From: Phoronis australis | Lineage: Eukaryota; Animalia; Phoronida | Direction: 5' to 3' | Length of the DNA stretch: 64,000 bases | Assembly: GCA_002633005.1 (NCBI GenBank) | Contig: NMRA01000542.1 | Span: 62,001-126,000 of the forward strand | In this document: positions 47,679 through 61,368 of the stretch, piece after piece | Layout of the letters: every line of letters starts with the position of its first letter | Position numbering within the stretch: the stretch's first letter is position 1 | Translations under genes and position numbers: made by a program | The notes under the pieces: model-generated | Told to the model about the DNA's origin: nothing | The model's input: the letters and a program-made list of their open reading frames with translations, nothing else | Database searches by the model: none

Positions 47679-50600
47679 CTTATGAGTCGGGTCGTGTTCA
47701 CAATATGACCAGCAGGATCAATCTGTTTTAATGACCTTGACATCAACTAATAACAAACAATCATTCTTTCCAAGTTCAGAAATCGCTTTTTATTTACATA
47801 AGGAACAAGTTGAGAGAAAGTTTTACCTACGGCAGTACATGTATGTCTTCTACATCAAAGGATAATTTTTAACACACGCTGGGTACACGGGAACTTTAAA
47901 GTTGCTGAAATGAACAAGTGTTTGACGAATAAGGCGACTAAAATTCAAATTAAACCGATTTTCGAAGGTTACACATCGAAGCTAATCATGATCTTTTATC
48001 CGGATACAAAAAAACCCAAAGCCCCACGTGATTGCAATTTTCAACAATAATCACGGATTAAACTTTTCTGGGGATTCAAATTGTTTCGCCATAATGGTCA
48101 GGTAATAGAAGGACACGCGGATTTTGAAATTTTTATACCTGAATCAAAGATGGTGATCGATTTCGATGTATATAATAAGAACAAAAGAACAATTTGGTTT
48201 AATGTGAATACTAGCCGTCTTATTCCACCAACACGAGACCAGCAATTTTAAGCACTTGAGCGTAGACACGTTGTAATTGAAGTCGAGACGCGTAATTTTA
48301 ACCATATACATTCTTTAGCGATAACTTTCTTTGGATGTTACCATGCACATTTTATCAGCCCTTTAGTATTCGAAGTAATCCCAAGAAAATGCCGAACATT
48401 AAACGATTAATTTGTAGTTCCCAGAAAAGTCAGTTTAGAGTAAATACTTCTTATTCAACCCAAAATCACCGCTGCGTGACATTTTGTCACTATTTATATA
48501 CTGATCCCAAAAATTAGGAGTACGTCATATGTCTTGTGTTATCTGTATTTCCAGTGATTCGATTTTATCAAATGAACAATACATAAATATGCCAAGCGTG
48601 GTTCACTTCTGTCCTTCATTATTTTGCTTTGACATATCACAAAGTGTAACACCATTTCTTGGGCAGATTCGTATTTTCAAACACAAATTAAATTTCAAAA
48701 ATATGGTGGAACTCATTTTTGACGAAGACGTGGAATTTAATGCAACTTCTTTGCTATGTAGTTGTAGGTCTTCACTCTACTGGTATCTATCAATAAGACT
48801 CTAGATATTGTTATATTACTTATTATATAACATATTCTGACTAGGTTGGTGCGTACTGTTGAGTAGGGTCTCGTTTGAGCTAAGATCGTAGACACGCCCA
48901 GTCGTAGTTCAGGTGGTACCCTTTCGACGAGTCTATGTCTTCAGCTAAATATCGACAAAACTATAGGATTGAATTTTTACAATTAGATTAAATCTTCAAA
49001 AAGTGTTGATATTAACTTTGAATAGGATTTAATTGATCAAATAGCGTGGGATTACAAAATGTGATTTTTACTTTTATATAACTGCTGCCCTTTCCACTGG
49101 CCATTACCTGAGTCATAACACTGATATAAACATTGCTAAGATTCCACTTTTTGCTCTGTTTTCAGCTGTGTACGTCTACATAAAGTTCCTTATTCTTACA
49201 TTTTTGATTACTGTGTCTTTAAAAAGTTCCAATTTCACATTCTATCGGATCATCACAAACGCCTACATTCACCTGCCCATTATCAAAAACACTCACCAAA
49301 ATCGATCAATACGTATAGTTGGATTTTTCGGTAAAACACGTTTTTAACATGGGAAGAAACTAGAGAAGGCAAAAACTAATAGATGAAAACAAACTAGCAT
49401 TGTTCTGTTGAGCGAGGCACTACACAACCCTCGGGCTACGTATAATGTTCGCAACAATTATACGGAACTGTCAAATTCATTCAAGTCTCAAAAATCTTTT
49501 AATGAGTTGGAGTTGCCGTTAGATTCCTAAGGTCAAGATAATCGCCTCCGAGCGATAAAAACTCAGAGAGTAGGCATTTTCATTACTTAACGTTGCTCAT
49601 CCGTTAAGCCAGTTAAGCCTCCTGTTGTATTTTCGCCTTAAATTCACTCATGCTTAATTAAAAGTAGAAATTGGCTAATTACCTAAAATCTTACAGTTGA
49701 ACCTCTTTGCCCAATTAGATTCTAAAGCAATTGATCGATTGGAGGAAGGATCTACAGGAACTCGCCTGTCAAATTGTTCATGTAGTTTTGTATTAGCCTT
49801 TATTATTTGCGACATGTACACATCCGTCTATAAGAACATAATGCACAGCGGAAATGCAAGTTCTCTTTCTGTTAAGCTCGCCATGTCAAGTTTGATTCAT
49901 CAAAACAATAAAGATATACCTTAATTATTCGGCAGGCAAACCAAGTCCATAATGTTTGTATGTTTGTTCTACAACCATGATCTGATGATTTTGCCGTAAC
50001 CCTTGTACGAGTCACAGTTCTGGCATACGCATGTGTACACATTCTCGTGAGCCTACATTCATTATGATTGAAGCACAGGTTTAAAAAAAACTTTGGAAAT
50101 GACACGAGCTTGTGAAAATACCACCTTATGTTTGTTAAGTATGAAACTTCACTCATAACGCACCACTACAAGATTATCCAAAACAATACTTTGCAGCGTA
50201 ACTTTGTCGCTTATAACCTCCCAATTAAGTTTACAAATAGTAATTTTCCGGCAAACTAAAAACAAACATTTTAATGGGCGACTCCTTCCAGCTCCACTCC
50301 TTTAGGCGAGTTTGCCATGCAAAGGGGTTGTTGTTCCCTAATAATTATTATATAATAAAACACGTAATTACATAGTGAACGCTTTATAAAACTAAGCAGG
50401 CGATAGTTAACGTTGAAGTACACGTTTTGTGACATTTTACATATAAAATGTTGAACTTAAAGTTGATACACAAAACGAAAGTACACGCTAAAGTAGAACG
50501 AAAAAATACTTGAGCAGTTAAAGTTGATTTCTGTCTCCCAAAAGAAACAGGGCATTGACGAAAGTATCTTTTTAATTTTAGTATTCTGGTAGCAATCTTG

Positions 50601-53002
50601 TGACTCACAAATTTAGGCTTGCGTAATATTCAATTTATTAACAATTTTAAATTGTAGGGCCTTAAAAGGTCTTGACGCGCATGTAACATGTAATTGCACA
50701 AGAGTGCTGACCAAAGTTTCCTTCATATTAGTGACATGAAAAACAAAAAAGTCAGATTTGAGTCGAAAGTTCAGACGTTTTCGATAATTTTGCAGGTATA
50801 AATGCAGTTTTTACAGTGCAGTACTTGTTACAAACACAAATATTATGATATTCAGCCTCAGTTTGTCGCCAGAAACAGCACACCTGATACTTCCGATTTG
50901 CTAGCGCATGTCTACTTTTGTCTGCCATCAAGTTTTGAGTAGCCATACCTGATACCTGATATAAAAGTATACGGAATGTCAAGCAACAACTAGGATTCAA
51001 TTTCAAAGTCAATTTAAAATGAAGAATTAGAACTAAGTTTTGACGTATTCTTCACAGCAAGGTTTCAGTCTTGTAAAAACAATCATTAATTCGTTAATTA
51101 TTGTTTGACTAAAGCAACAAGCCGGTTAAAGTAAACTATAATCGATTTGCCTCAATACAACGGCCGCTAACTTTTTGCTGTCCCACCTTAAGCATGGATG
51201 CTTGTGAGAGCAAAATTCGACATCGGACCTTGAATTTATGTCTCTGCAGTTATTACGTGTAAATAAGCACGATCAAATTTAGCCTAGACCTCATTTTGCA
51301 CAGAGTATTCAGTCATGCATTCATTGTGTCATAAAATAAGATGACTTGGTTCTCAGCTGAAATCACAAATTTGAGAAATATATAAACACGAATATGAAAA
51401 CGATACCATAAATGCTCAGAGGTTATTTTCTCATTGCTTTAGTCTTGTTTTTGAATAGATAAAAACGCAAACCATGCCTCTGTTCCGGCATGTGAGGAAG
51501 CAAACCAAAACTTGAGCAGTCATCGAAGGTCACGCGGTCAAACTCGTTGCATCATTGCAAAAAAACTTCTAATTGTGAGTATTTTTTTTCGTTTAAAGTC
51601 CTTTCGTAATTATTTTGTATGCTAATGACGAATCTGGCAATATCTCCCATGGTTAATTGGTTGTTTACCGGCAATATTGCGGTTTCCATGCTGTAGTGCG
51701 TTTGGCTGAATTTCAAACCACCTTACTGTCAAACAGATTTTGTAAAAGGCCTCTCGTGGAGGTTCGTTATCAATGCAAAACTGTATTGTGCTAACAACTA
51801 AGCGTAAAAATATATTAATGCCTCATACAGCGATTCTTTCGAGTTACTCGCTGGTGCTAGATTTCATATTCATATCGTTTTTAATTGTCCGTATGTCGTT
51901 GTGTGTAATACACTTGATTACATCCGCCATTTTCAACGGTGAAAATGTATTTTCTTGGTATGGTGCAAATAGGAAGGTGTCTGTATCGGCGTCACCTGCC
52001 ATTGCGGAACCGACTACCGCTCCCTACGCGCACCTATTCCTGTTTTTCCGCGACTTGACTAACATTTTCAAATAATTTCACCATGATGAATTTTACACGC
52101 TGCAAGGTTATTTTGCATGTTCATGATGGATAGCTGGCACAGGGTTCATTATGTTCCAGTCTGGTTCAGTGCTAGTGGCTCGCTTCTCTTGAGATAAAAA
52201 GCGACTGAGATGTTCGTGGGTCGGTATGACCATTAAAGCACCTGCTGGTCGAATGATGTTAAAATACCATTGGTTCAAAGGGGAGAAATGAACTCTTACC
52301 ACGAGACACACCCTTACCACGGAACTTAAGCTCCAACCACACTCGGGAACTCTTAAGCGGACAGTTTGTAATGCAAAACGGATCTGGCCGAAGTAGTACG
52401 CTAGCAAGAAAGCGAAATGTTGCGCCAACACTTCTTGACAATATTACTACCCTGAACAGCATGTAAATTGTACACGTCTAATCCCAAACCAACAGTGTTG
52501 AGTTTTTCTGCGTTAAATAAGAATATCATTTTTTACGTTTTAGCTGGGATGTAAATACACGAGCGTGTTTTAATAAAGAACATGTCACTATTTGTTATTT
52601 AAGTCTGTATAACTAAATAAGAATCACTGATGCTAAGTTATAAAAAATTCCCGGCAGACTGTATAGTAGGATCCCGGCCTATGGCGACCAATTAACACAC
52701 TATCTTATTTGTTCGTGGTAAGGATGTCGTGTGTGTGGTAAGACTTTTTAAGGTGCGTTGTTTCTGTTTTGCAGAGGATTGTGGTGAGAGGTATCAAGCC
52801 CATGGTAAGGGTTAGTTTACTCCGCCTGATTTAGCTGAGTTTCTGCACAAGATGAAGAAAGTTCTGTTCGTTAGCAGATGCTTTGTTTCTGACTGGAAAT
52901 CTTGTTTTACATGTTGATACAGTTTTACAAATAGAAGTAAATGAACGTTTAAAACACACTCAAAATTTTAGAAACTTCCTTCCGCCTTAATTATCTATCA
53001 TT

Positions 53003-53280
53003 CTGTGTGCCGGTCTGTCTGTCTCTCTGTCTCCTTATCAGCCAGCCTGTGCGCATGTATGTCTGTCTGTCTAGTATGTTGGCTGTTTATTTATCTATTT
53101 ATTTATGTGTTTATGCATCCATTTACGCATCCATCAACCTTTCTGTCTCCCGTTCCGTCTATCTTTCGATATACCTTGCATGGTTGCACTCCGTCCACCT
53201 TTCTGTCCGTCCAACCTTCCGTGGCAGTCCGCCTGTGAGCCTACTGGTATATCTCTGTCCGTCTATCGTATATATATATT
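53003..53280. repeat. Degenerate tetranucleotide (TCTG/TCTA/TCCG/TTTA) microsatellite field
   Basis: Visible 4-bp periodicity; explains the four overlapping low-complexity ORFs here. Confidence 0.8.
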
Positions 53281-56200
53281 CCAACTTTTTAAATAATGGA
53301 GTAAAAAACCACTGCCAACACTTAGCAAACATGCGTGTCGAAGAAATGGAAAAATCGTCGGTGACAGATCTAGGATAACACGAAGGGGGTCCGCCCCATT
53401 TTCCAAAGGAAAAATTTCGCGGTAGAGCTAAGAACAGCATGTCGTCGCGATTTATTCTTTTTGTGGCAAAATGGCGGAACTTTCAAAATTAACAAGTTTA
53501 GTAGTATTCAATATAACGGAAAAGAATATCATGACTATGAACACCACAGCGTGATGTCATAATAATCATGTTCACATTAAAAATAAGGATATCAATCAAA
53601 ACTCATCCTATGTCAAAATGGTTCTTAACACTCTCATCAAATTTCATTTTTCTATTAAACGTTAATGATACCTTAATCCTAGCTTATCCGTTGTTAAAGA
53701 CTGCTGTTTAAAACTCTTATAATGTAAAACGAAATGTTAGACATGTAGTGTTAAGGGTCTCACATTTCATCGTCATCAATTGCTTTTGGGTATATCAGTT
53801 TGCATACGTACCTTTTAGCTAAAGGTATTAGGTAAATAAATAAACTGAAAATTAACGGCTACCTTATGGTGGCCACATGGCTCCATGAGGCTATCTGTTT
53901 ACGAAATGCATATACTCCGGTAAACAGGCAATGAGTAATTATTTTACCGACTTGATTTCAAAACGTCAGATATGATTTTGTTCAACAATTATTTCATGGT
54001 CTGAAGATAATGTTTTTTTTCCGTTCATATGAACATTGAAGGAATGTTTGTCGACAGGGCAACTTTACATATTTCCTTGTGGTGAGCCATAATATTGTCA
54101 TTATTCGCCCATGTTTCTTTAATTACGTAACCGATAGGAATCACAAATCGGTAAGCGATCTGTGTATGCTCTCAATTTACGCTGGCCAATGTCAATATAA
54201 ACTTAAGCGAGATGCAATGCATCTAAAAGTCATCGATATCCCAAGGTGCGGAGGTAATGTATGAATTAAAATAACATCTGCATTGCCTTAACGCTTTCTA
54301 GATTTGAAGAGATTTTAAGAAAGTTTAGTGATGGCAAAACTGCGCCACTTAAATGGCAACTATGAGATTATTGTTGAATGGGACTTGTTGACAGAAGTTA
54401 TTAGCTTTGGCCTGACCTATAAAACAACAAAATCCGGCTTGTTTTTCGTTTTTTTTTTCTCTCGACGTTGTCTGTCAGACATTGGTGGGAATCAAGGCCG
54501 GTATCTTTATCTTTAAACTACAACAGTAGAGTTTTCGGCTGCTTCTGTGGAGCTAAAATCATTTTACTTATGATAGTATAATCATACGATATACTTACAG
54601 TGGGTGAAATGCTGTTTCTAGATGTTCGACTTTAAAAGAATGACTTAGAAATAGAGGATAATTACATATACTGGATCACACGTGTAACTCCAAAGTTTCA
54701 AAAATTCAGGAATTTTGTTGATTGTTTTAACGGGAAAATAATACCAACAGTTTGTTGACATTTTCCAGAATTCTCGCCACCTCAACTAAGGACATTCTTT
54801 TCTTACATTTCATTCAACTGAGGATACAAATGGTCTCGTGATTGCCAAGAACATTGGAAGAACTCATAACATATGTTGTTTTTTGACAAACTTTAGATTA
54901 ACCGGTTGTGACCTTACCGTCGGTAAACAACTTTTTAACACAAACGCAGGTGGCGCTGCACGAAATAAGATACATATTGTTGAATACATTTTAGGCAGGT
55001 ACTAGGAGTCAAAACTTCTTTTTGCCACATTTTTAAACGCTACATGCAACATTTTTCTTTTTGTATTTAGGCCCAATTAATTAATGTAATTTTTTCATGA
55101 ATGCCTTATTTCAGAAGAAGGCACACAATACTTTTTAGGATTCTGTACAGTCGACGTCATTACGTACCACTGTCCATCATCCTAACAAACGAAGGACACT
55201 GGTTTGTCCTCTGTCCGGTGTTGCAATATGCATCGCCATTTAACTTAGGATTGTACGGTATGCCCTACTCTGCACAGAGGAGGCAGTGTGTCCTAGTGCG
55301 CTTTCTGTACTCGAGGTCGTGGTTTCAGTACCATGGGGCCACACTGCTAGGCCTTCGAGTCAGGTTTCTAACTCCTCAGCTCGGCACGCGCGGCCTGTAC
55401 ACATCTGGTACAAGGTGTCCTTGCTCTGTTCTGCATCGCGTCAAAATGCCACTAAAAGAATGGGGATATGAGAAGGTAACTTTCTAGACAGTATTAATTC
55501 TATTCTCTGGCGAAATTAGTAACCGTTATGAGGAATCGTGCTGCAATAATGCTACTGGTTTAGGTATGGTAGAACGCACACATTTTGCAGAGTCGGTTCT
55601 ACTGCGGGGCTGTGTTCAATAGATACTAACCAAATAAATACGCACTGCCAACATAAAACGGCGTGTATCTCCTGAAAGCAACATGTTAGATCTGCTGCCG
55701 ATACGTGTAATAACGCGTGGCTTGGCACTTGTACACTATGCTGTTCAATGAGGAGTTTTTTGAAGACGTGAGTCGATATTTGCCCAGGTAATGAGCTTTA
55801 ATTCTAGACATAGAGTTGACGGGAATTGGCAACACCGCAAACAAACCGATTCGCTTCCATAAAACTGTGTGGCTTCCGTTCTCAAATAGCTTCGGAAACG
55901 TTTTTTACAGACGTATTTATCTACTTAAGAAAGTTTCGTATAAAGGAAAATACTACCTTGTGTGAGTAGGAAGTGATTTGTCATACATTTTGGGGTTCTT
56001 GTTTATAATTGACACTCTTCTTTATTCACAAAAGCCGCAATAGGTAGATTAGTGTCAACAAGTTACAAGAACCTCAACTGAGGTATTGATCTTCTATTCG
56101 CCATTACAATTCAAAGTTCTTTATTTGTATCAAGAATATTTTCCTTTTTGGAAGACCGCATATACCATACATTTATTTCCGCTGTGACGACATAATTCTC

Positions 56201-58040
56201 TAAGAATTCACCAAATATTTTCGATTATGTATTACCCTACGGATGACTGAATGTATTCAAAAGGGTGCAACTGCCGTATGTATTTCTTTAAAGTTTTTGA
56301 AAAATTAACTGCTAAAGAGCATTGTTGGCTCGGTTCTCAACTGACCCGACTCATTTTGAGACCTGCGCTCACCGACTAAAAAATATCCGCCTGCATTCTT
56401 CAGCCAAGGTGCCGTGTTTTGATTTTTGAACAGATGTGTTCAAAACCACGAAAGTAAGGGTAAGCAAGGTTTGAAACGCCACGATTTGCCGAGCGATGAG
56501 TAAAAACAAAATCAGCACCAGTTCCGTTCGTCTCAGGGGACTTTTTGAAAATTGAGCAACAAGAAATACCACACGTCACTCGCTTTTTGTTCTTATCTAT
56601 CACTTGAAAGTCACTGAACTTGATAAAACAATGTGAAGTACAGCAACATTGAAAATTTCTTAGTTTACTTCGTTAGCCGCTTGAATTTCGTCCGCATTAA
56701 TCGCCGACGAGTCCCGAATATGTTGTTTTTATTATTACTCTGGGCATGAACACACACAAGGGCAATGTATGAACGACTTCGGGCATCTATCCTACTCTGC
56801 TCACTGACAGTTTATACCTTGTGGCAAGCCTGGTCGACGTTAGCGTGTTAGTTATCAAAACAAAGATCTTAACAAGAAACCATAATCATTCAATTCAGGA
56901 CCAAAACAAGATAACAACGATCTCACCGTCGGCAGAAACACTGAATTAAAACTTGTGTCCCACAATCCCTTGACTAAATAGTCAAAATGGCCTTAAAACG
57001 TCGTTCAGAGTAGGCGATTTCCTCCATTATATTGCAAATAGATCCTACAACCAAAGCCTATTTCGCTACCAATACAGGTGGTATTGTTAAAGTGTAGGTT
57101 ACCTGGCTAATACATGCATGTCAATGTGTGTTTTTCGTTTCTCAATTTCGACACGTTTTGTTATCTTAATAGTCCAACTTGTTGTCTCACTGTTTGCTAT
57201 GCCTCAGGTACTGTTACGTAAACCACTGACGGAGTAGTTCAGGATTTCTTTGAACTATGTGTCAGAATACCTCGAATGTAGTTACGGACCAAGGATAACA
57301 GCATTAGTAGACAGGTAGAAGTAACGGCACACCAATTTTTGTCCAAACGTTTAAACCATGGAAGTTTTTCCGGTAACTTAAGGCGGTAGATCGGTAGATC
57401 TGCTGACTGTTGTTGGTTATTTTCGTACTAAAATTGAGTATAGCCACGTCCCAGAATCCTTATTTTGTTTTTCTAGTCAGTACGAAGTAGGAAGTCTTAT
57501 ATCGTTGTCTAAGATTTGCTTATTGGTAAATGTCAATGTTCAGATTGCTTTCTCATTTACCTCGCAGTAACATCTTTATTATGTTCCAGGACCCAAGAGA
57601 TTTGAGAAGATCACGGCAGTAATTAAAACTAAATCGCGCTTGACCCAAAGTCGCTCATCTGGAAAATTACTGAACAGAATTCAAAGAAAAAACGCTTAAG
57701 TTGCACTTGCAACCCACTGTCAAAGTTTGATCGACAGCTCACGGATTCAACTGCGCAAAACCAGCTTCGGTGCGTGCGAAGATTAATTAAATCTTCCGAA
57801 TACGAGACCTGAGATTACCGTGGCCAGAGAATAAAGCTGAACGACGACTCAACCCGTGTGGTTCTCATTTACTTGATCTCTTTCTGCTTAGTAACCTAGT
57901 CTAGTCTCTCACAACCCATGGAGAGTGGAATTTGATTTCAAGTCACTTCGCAAAAGTACGAATGTTAACTGTACAACATTGGTTTCCGTTAAATATTCAT
58001 ATTAACCACCGAAACCTAATCAACAGCGTTAAAACGCGTA

Positions 58041-58418
58041 ATGGAGACTACAACAGAACCACAGAATAGCACTGGACCCACCACGCCGTGTCCGCATGCC
58101 AACTATGAATGTGTACCGGACGCAGACTACGTAGACATGATCGAAGACTTTGTGTACAGCCAGTTAAACGGGTTCCACTTTGCGTTTGCAGCGCTTTATG
58201 CTGTTGTCTTCATTGTGGGACTATCTGGGAACCTTCTCGTGTGTATCGCCGTATGGAGGAACCGTGACATGCGAACCGTGACCAATGGCTTCATTATGAA
58301 TCTGGCGATCGCTGATTTACTCGTCATAGTCTTCTGTTTACCCTTAACCCTCCTGGAGGATTTGCTAATTACGTGGTTTCTGGGGTCGGCCATGTGTAAA
58401 CTGATCAAATATCTGCAG
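58041..58418 (+). CDS. Orexin/allatotropin-receptor-like rhodopsin-family GPCR, coding exon 1 (N-terminus to mid TM3)
   Basis: GNLLVCIAVWRNRDMRTVTNGFIMNLAIADLLVIVFCLP...TWFLGSAMCKLIKYLQ matches the orexin/allatotropin receptor pattern GN.LVC.AVWRN..MRTVTNYFIVNL..AD...CLP...W.FG..LCK.IPYLQ; NST sequon; phase-0 donor CAG|gtgggt. Candidate upstream acceptor ends 57589. Confidence 0.92.
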
Positions 58419-59346
58419 GTGGGTGAAGATACTGTACGTGATGGAGTGTCTTACTAATTCTAAAAGTTCTTTTAAAATTTACTAACGTAGGCATGCACTC
58501 CGCGATAGTTGTCGGAAAGTTTGGATGTCCAACCTATTTAAAGAGTCATCTCTTATTTCCTTCAAAACACTTTTATGTATACCTGAAATTTTATACTTTG
58601 AACTCTATTCTATTTGTCCATATACATCAATAGAATATAACACTATTATGAAATAACTTGTTGAAATATGAAGCATTCTTTGAGGGTTCTTTACACAAAA
58701 AGTGAATCCTCGCAGGGAATTTATCAGAAACACTTCCCTTCTCGAGAAAATCATTAGGAAAAAACCCTTTGTCAATGATGAATCTAGCGATTAAAAAACC
58801 ACCAAGTGAGCGCCACGTTCAGTACACTATCTAAAATCTTGCAGCGACTGCAATCGTAGGAAAATGTAATACCTCGCTCAAAAGTGGAACTTCTTAAAAA
58901 GCTAGGCAGACCAGTCGCTTTAACGAAAATTCACAACGAGTCTCACGAGTATTTAGCATGTCATTATGAGCAAAATGCAAATTTTTGGCCAGTCACGTGC
59001 TATAACCATGCACAAACAGAGTCTAACCACATTCTAAGTCAACATTTGCCCTTCTAGCGCTAAGAAGGCATTTCTGCCGACTGTTTTAGGCGAATTGTTA
59101 GACGCCTGACTAGCGTTCACGCTTTACGATCCGAAGGTTGGGGCGATAACGCATGCGCAATGAGAGGAAATTGTTCCTAATTTCACATCCTCAAATGCTT
59201 TTTAAAGTACTTGCTTCATTGGCCTAAAAGGGATTCTTCTGTTTTGAAATGGCGCCTTCAGCAGACCTTGCGACGTTTTACGTTCTCTGGTTATTTTTCT
59301 CAATGTACCTGAGTTAAGTATCAATTTCTGGGAGCACCTACGGGTG

Positions 59347-60425
59347 ATTCGACATCGACCGTCACAGATTTTCTTGAAACTTTATGAAGACTTGGTCTAA
59401 CCCTAGAATACGCACTAAGTCACCTTTGTTTTTTTCTGATACAAGCCTCTTTTCTACACTTATTTCAGTAAAAAGCTGTCAAATTTGCAAGATTATTGAG
59501 ACATCTTAGGAATAACTATGATATGTTTCTGTGAACAATATATTGTGCATCCGTGCACTGAGCAGCATCAAACACGCCCACTCTGGCCAGGGTGAGTTCG
59601 AATTCAAAAAGTGGCTCACTCCCATTACAGGTAGATCATATATGTTCTGCTTCACTTCTTGTGCAGCTTCCCACATTGATAAAGATCTCTTCATATGAGC
59701 ATTATCATGGAACAGGAAGTTGTACTGCTGTAGCGCCACAAGGTATCACATGCTGAAATTACCCTCTGCACTCAGTCTGATGACTGTGATACAACCAACT
59801 AGTCTGAGAGGCAAAGAAACTGTAAACAAGAAAATTATGTACGCTAAATAATGTCTCTGCTGTTAATTAAAAAACGTCCAGTGACAACTTTTATTTTAAA
59901 TGACTCGTCAATTACAACAAGTACTTGATAGTTGACAACCAAAAAGGTGCATTTTAAGTTGAATTTCTATGCATGAAATCAAAAAAGACCAAAATTTTGA
60001 CCATTTTTGTTTTGACCATTGTTGCTTTTTACTTACCAATAACTTAGTTCGAGTTTGCATCCTTAAATTAGGTGGTACGACAAAACGAGTTATATTTTTG
60101 GATCCTTAAATTAGGTGGTAGGACAAAACGAGTTATATTTTTGGATCCTTAAATTAGGTGGTAGGACAAAACGAGTTATATTTTTGGANNNNNNNNNNTG
60201 CTTACACGGTACCGAATATCCGTCACTAATCTACACGGCTAAGTGCTGTTACCAAAAGAGGTCATCTTAAGCTGAAATTTTTGCATGTTTCAAGTAAAGA
60301 TTTCACGAGGTATAAAAATAGACGGAGAGGTCAATTAGTGCATTTTTGTGGTTGGTGAGGTTAAAGGTGGACATAAATCCGACTGGTAAAATTTCAGCCA
60401 ATTCTGTGACGGGTCATGTAGAATT
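59347..60425. mobile_element. Probable DNA-transposon relic in GPCR intron, spanning an assembly gap
   Basis: attcgacatcgaccgtcacagattttcttgaaacttt is an imperfect inverted match to aaaatttcagccaattctgtgacgggtcatgtagaat; true termini and TSD not resolved. Confidence 0.45.
60059..60188. repeat. 43-bp tandem repeat, at least three copies, running into the N gap (60189-60198)
   Basis: atccttaaattaggtggtaggacaaaacgagttatatttttgg x3. Confidence 0.93.
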
Positions 60426-60977
60426 TTTTTTTTTTATTCCACTGGTTCTCTCAGAAATTGCTAATTTAGAGCTTCAAAACTTTTGCCAATACAAAGACAC
60501 TCATTCCGATTTTGAAAATCATTCTGCAACCCTGCGAAATTATATACCCCTGCAATATTGGAGCATGTACAGCTTGTTATTTTGAATGGCATAGGCAAGG
60601 AATATATTTTCGAGCTTCAAAAATGGAGCCACCTATATTCATATGAAAGTCCTCGTTGGAGGCGGCCAAAAGCGATGCCCCTGATATTAATGCAAAGAGA
60701 GCCGTAAAGCGGGGCCCTCATATATTAATGGAGGGGACCTCCGCTCATAAAGGTCTTCGGGTGAGGCTCCTATATAATATAAGAGCCACAATTATGATGC
60801 TCAAAAATAACTTTTTGCTAATGTCATTTTAATATGAATAAGTCGTCTAAAATTAATAGCTGTTTACAGTAGGTGCCGAAAATGTACATGTACAACGGTC
60901 CTTTTTGTCAGGTCTCTCCATGTTCTTTGTATATTTTTTGCTGTATGAATTTTAATAAGGAATACGATGGTTTACAG

Positions 60978-61368
60978 ATGGTATCTGTAGACGTATCCAT
61001 ACTGACGTTGAGTTTCATCTCCCTGGACCGCTTTAACGCCATCTGTCATCCGCTCAAGTTCAAGAGTGGTGTCTCCAAGGGAAGGAATCTGATGATCGGC
61101 TGCATCATCTGGCTGATACCAATGTGCATTCACGTGCCCGAGCTCGTTATCCTTGACGTGTCCATGCCCCGAACCAACGGGACTCTGCTCTTAACCCGGT
61201 GCATCCCTGCGTGGACTGAGACTTGGAATATGGAGAACCAGACGGCATTCCATGTGACGCTAATTGTCTTGCTTTTCTTTCTTCCGCTGGTACTAATGGC
61301 CTACTGCTATACTCGGATAGCGTGCAGTCTGTGGGGGAACTCGATACCTGGCTTAGCAGGCAGTTCAG
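60978..61368 (+). CDS. Orexin/allatotropin-receptor-like GPCR, coding exon 2 (TM3-TM5 into ICL3); remaining exons not seen in window
   Basis: tttacag acceptor; MVSVDVSILTLSFISLDRFNAICHPLKFKS...W...PEL...TRC...LFFLPLVLMAYCYTRIACSLWGNSIPG, cf. VSVSVSVLTLS.I.LDRWYAICHPL.FKST and LW..QIPG; donor G|gtgaat. Confidence 0.92.

Noticed and set aside
52108-52462. 107-aa and 67-aa minus-strand ORFs in a mildly GC-rich patch
   Set aside because: No recognisable domain; lengths are within chance expectation.
59506-59739. 77-aa antisense ORF nested in the GPCR intron
   Set aside because: Lies within a probable transposon relic, has a non-ATG start and no identifiable motif.
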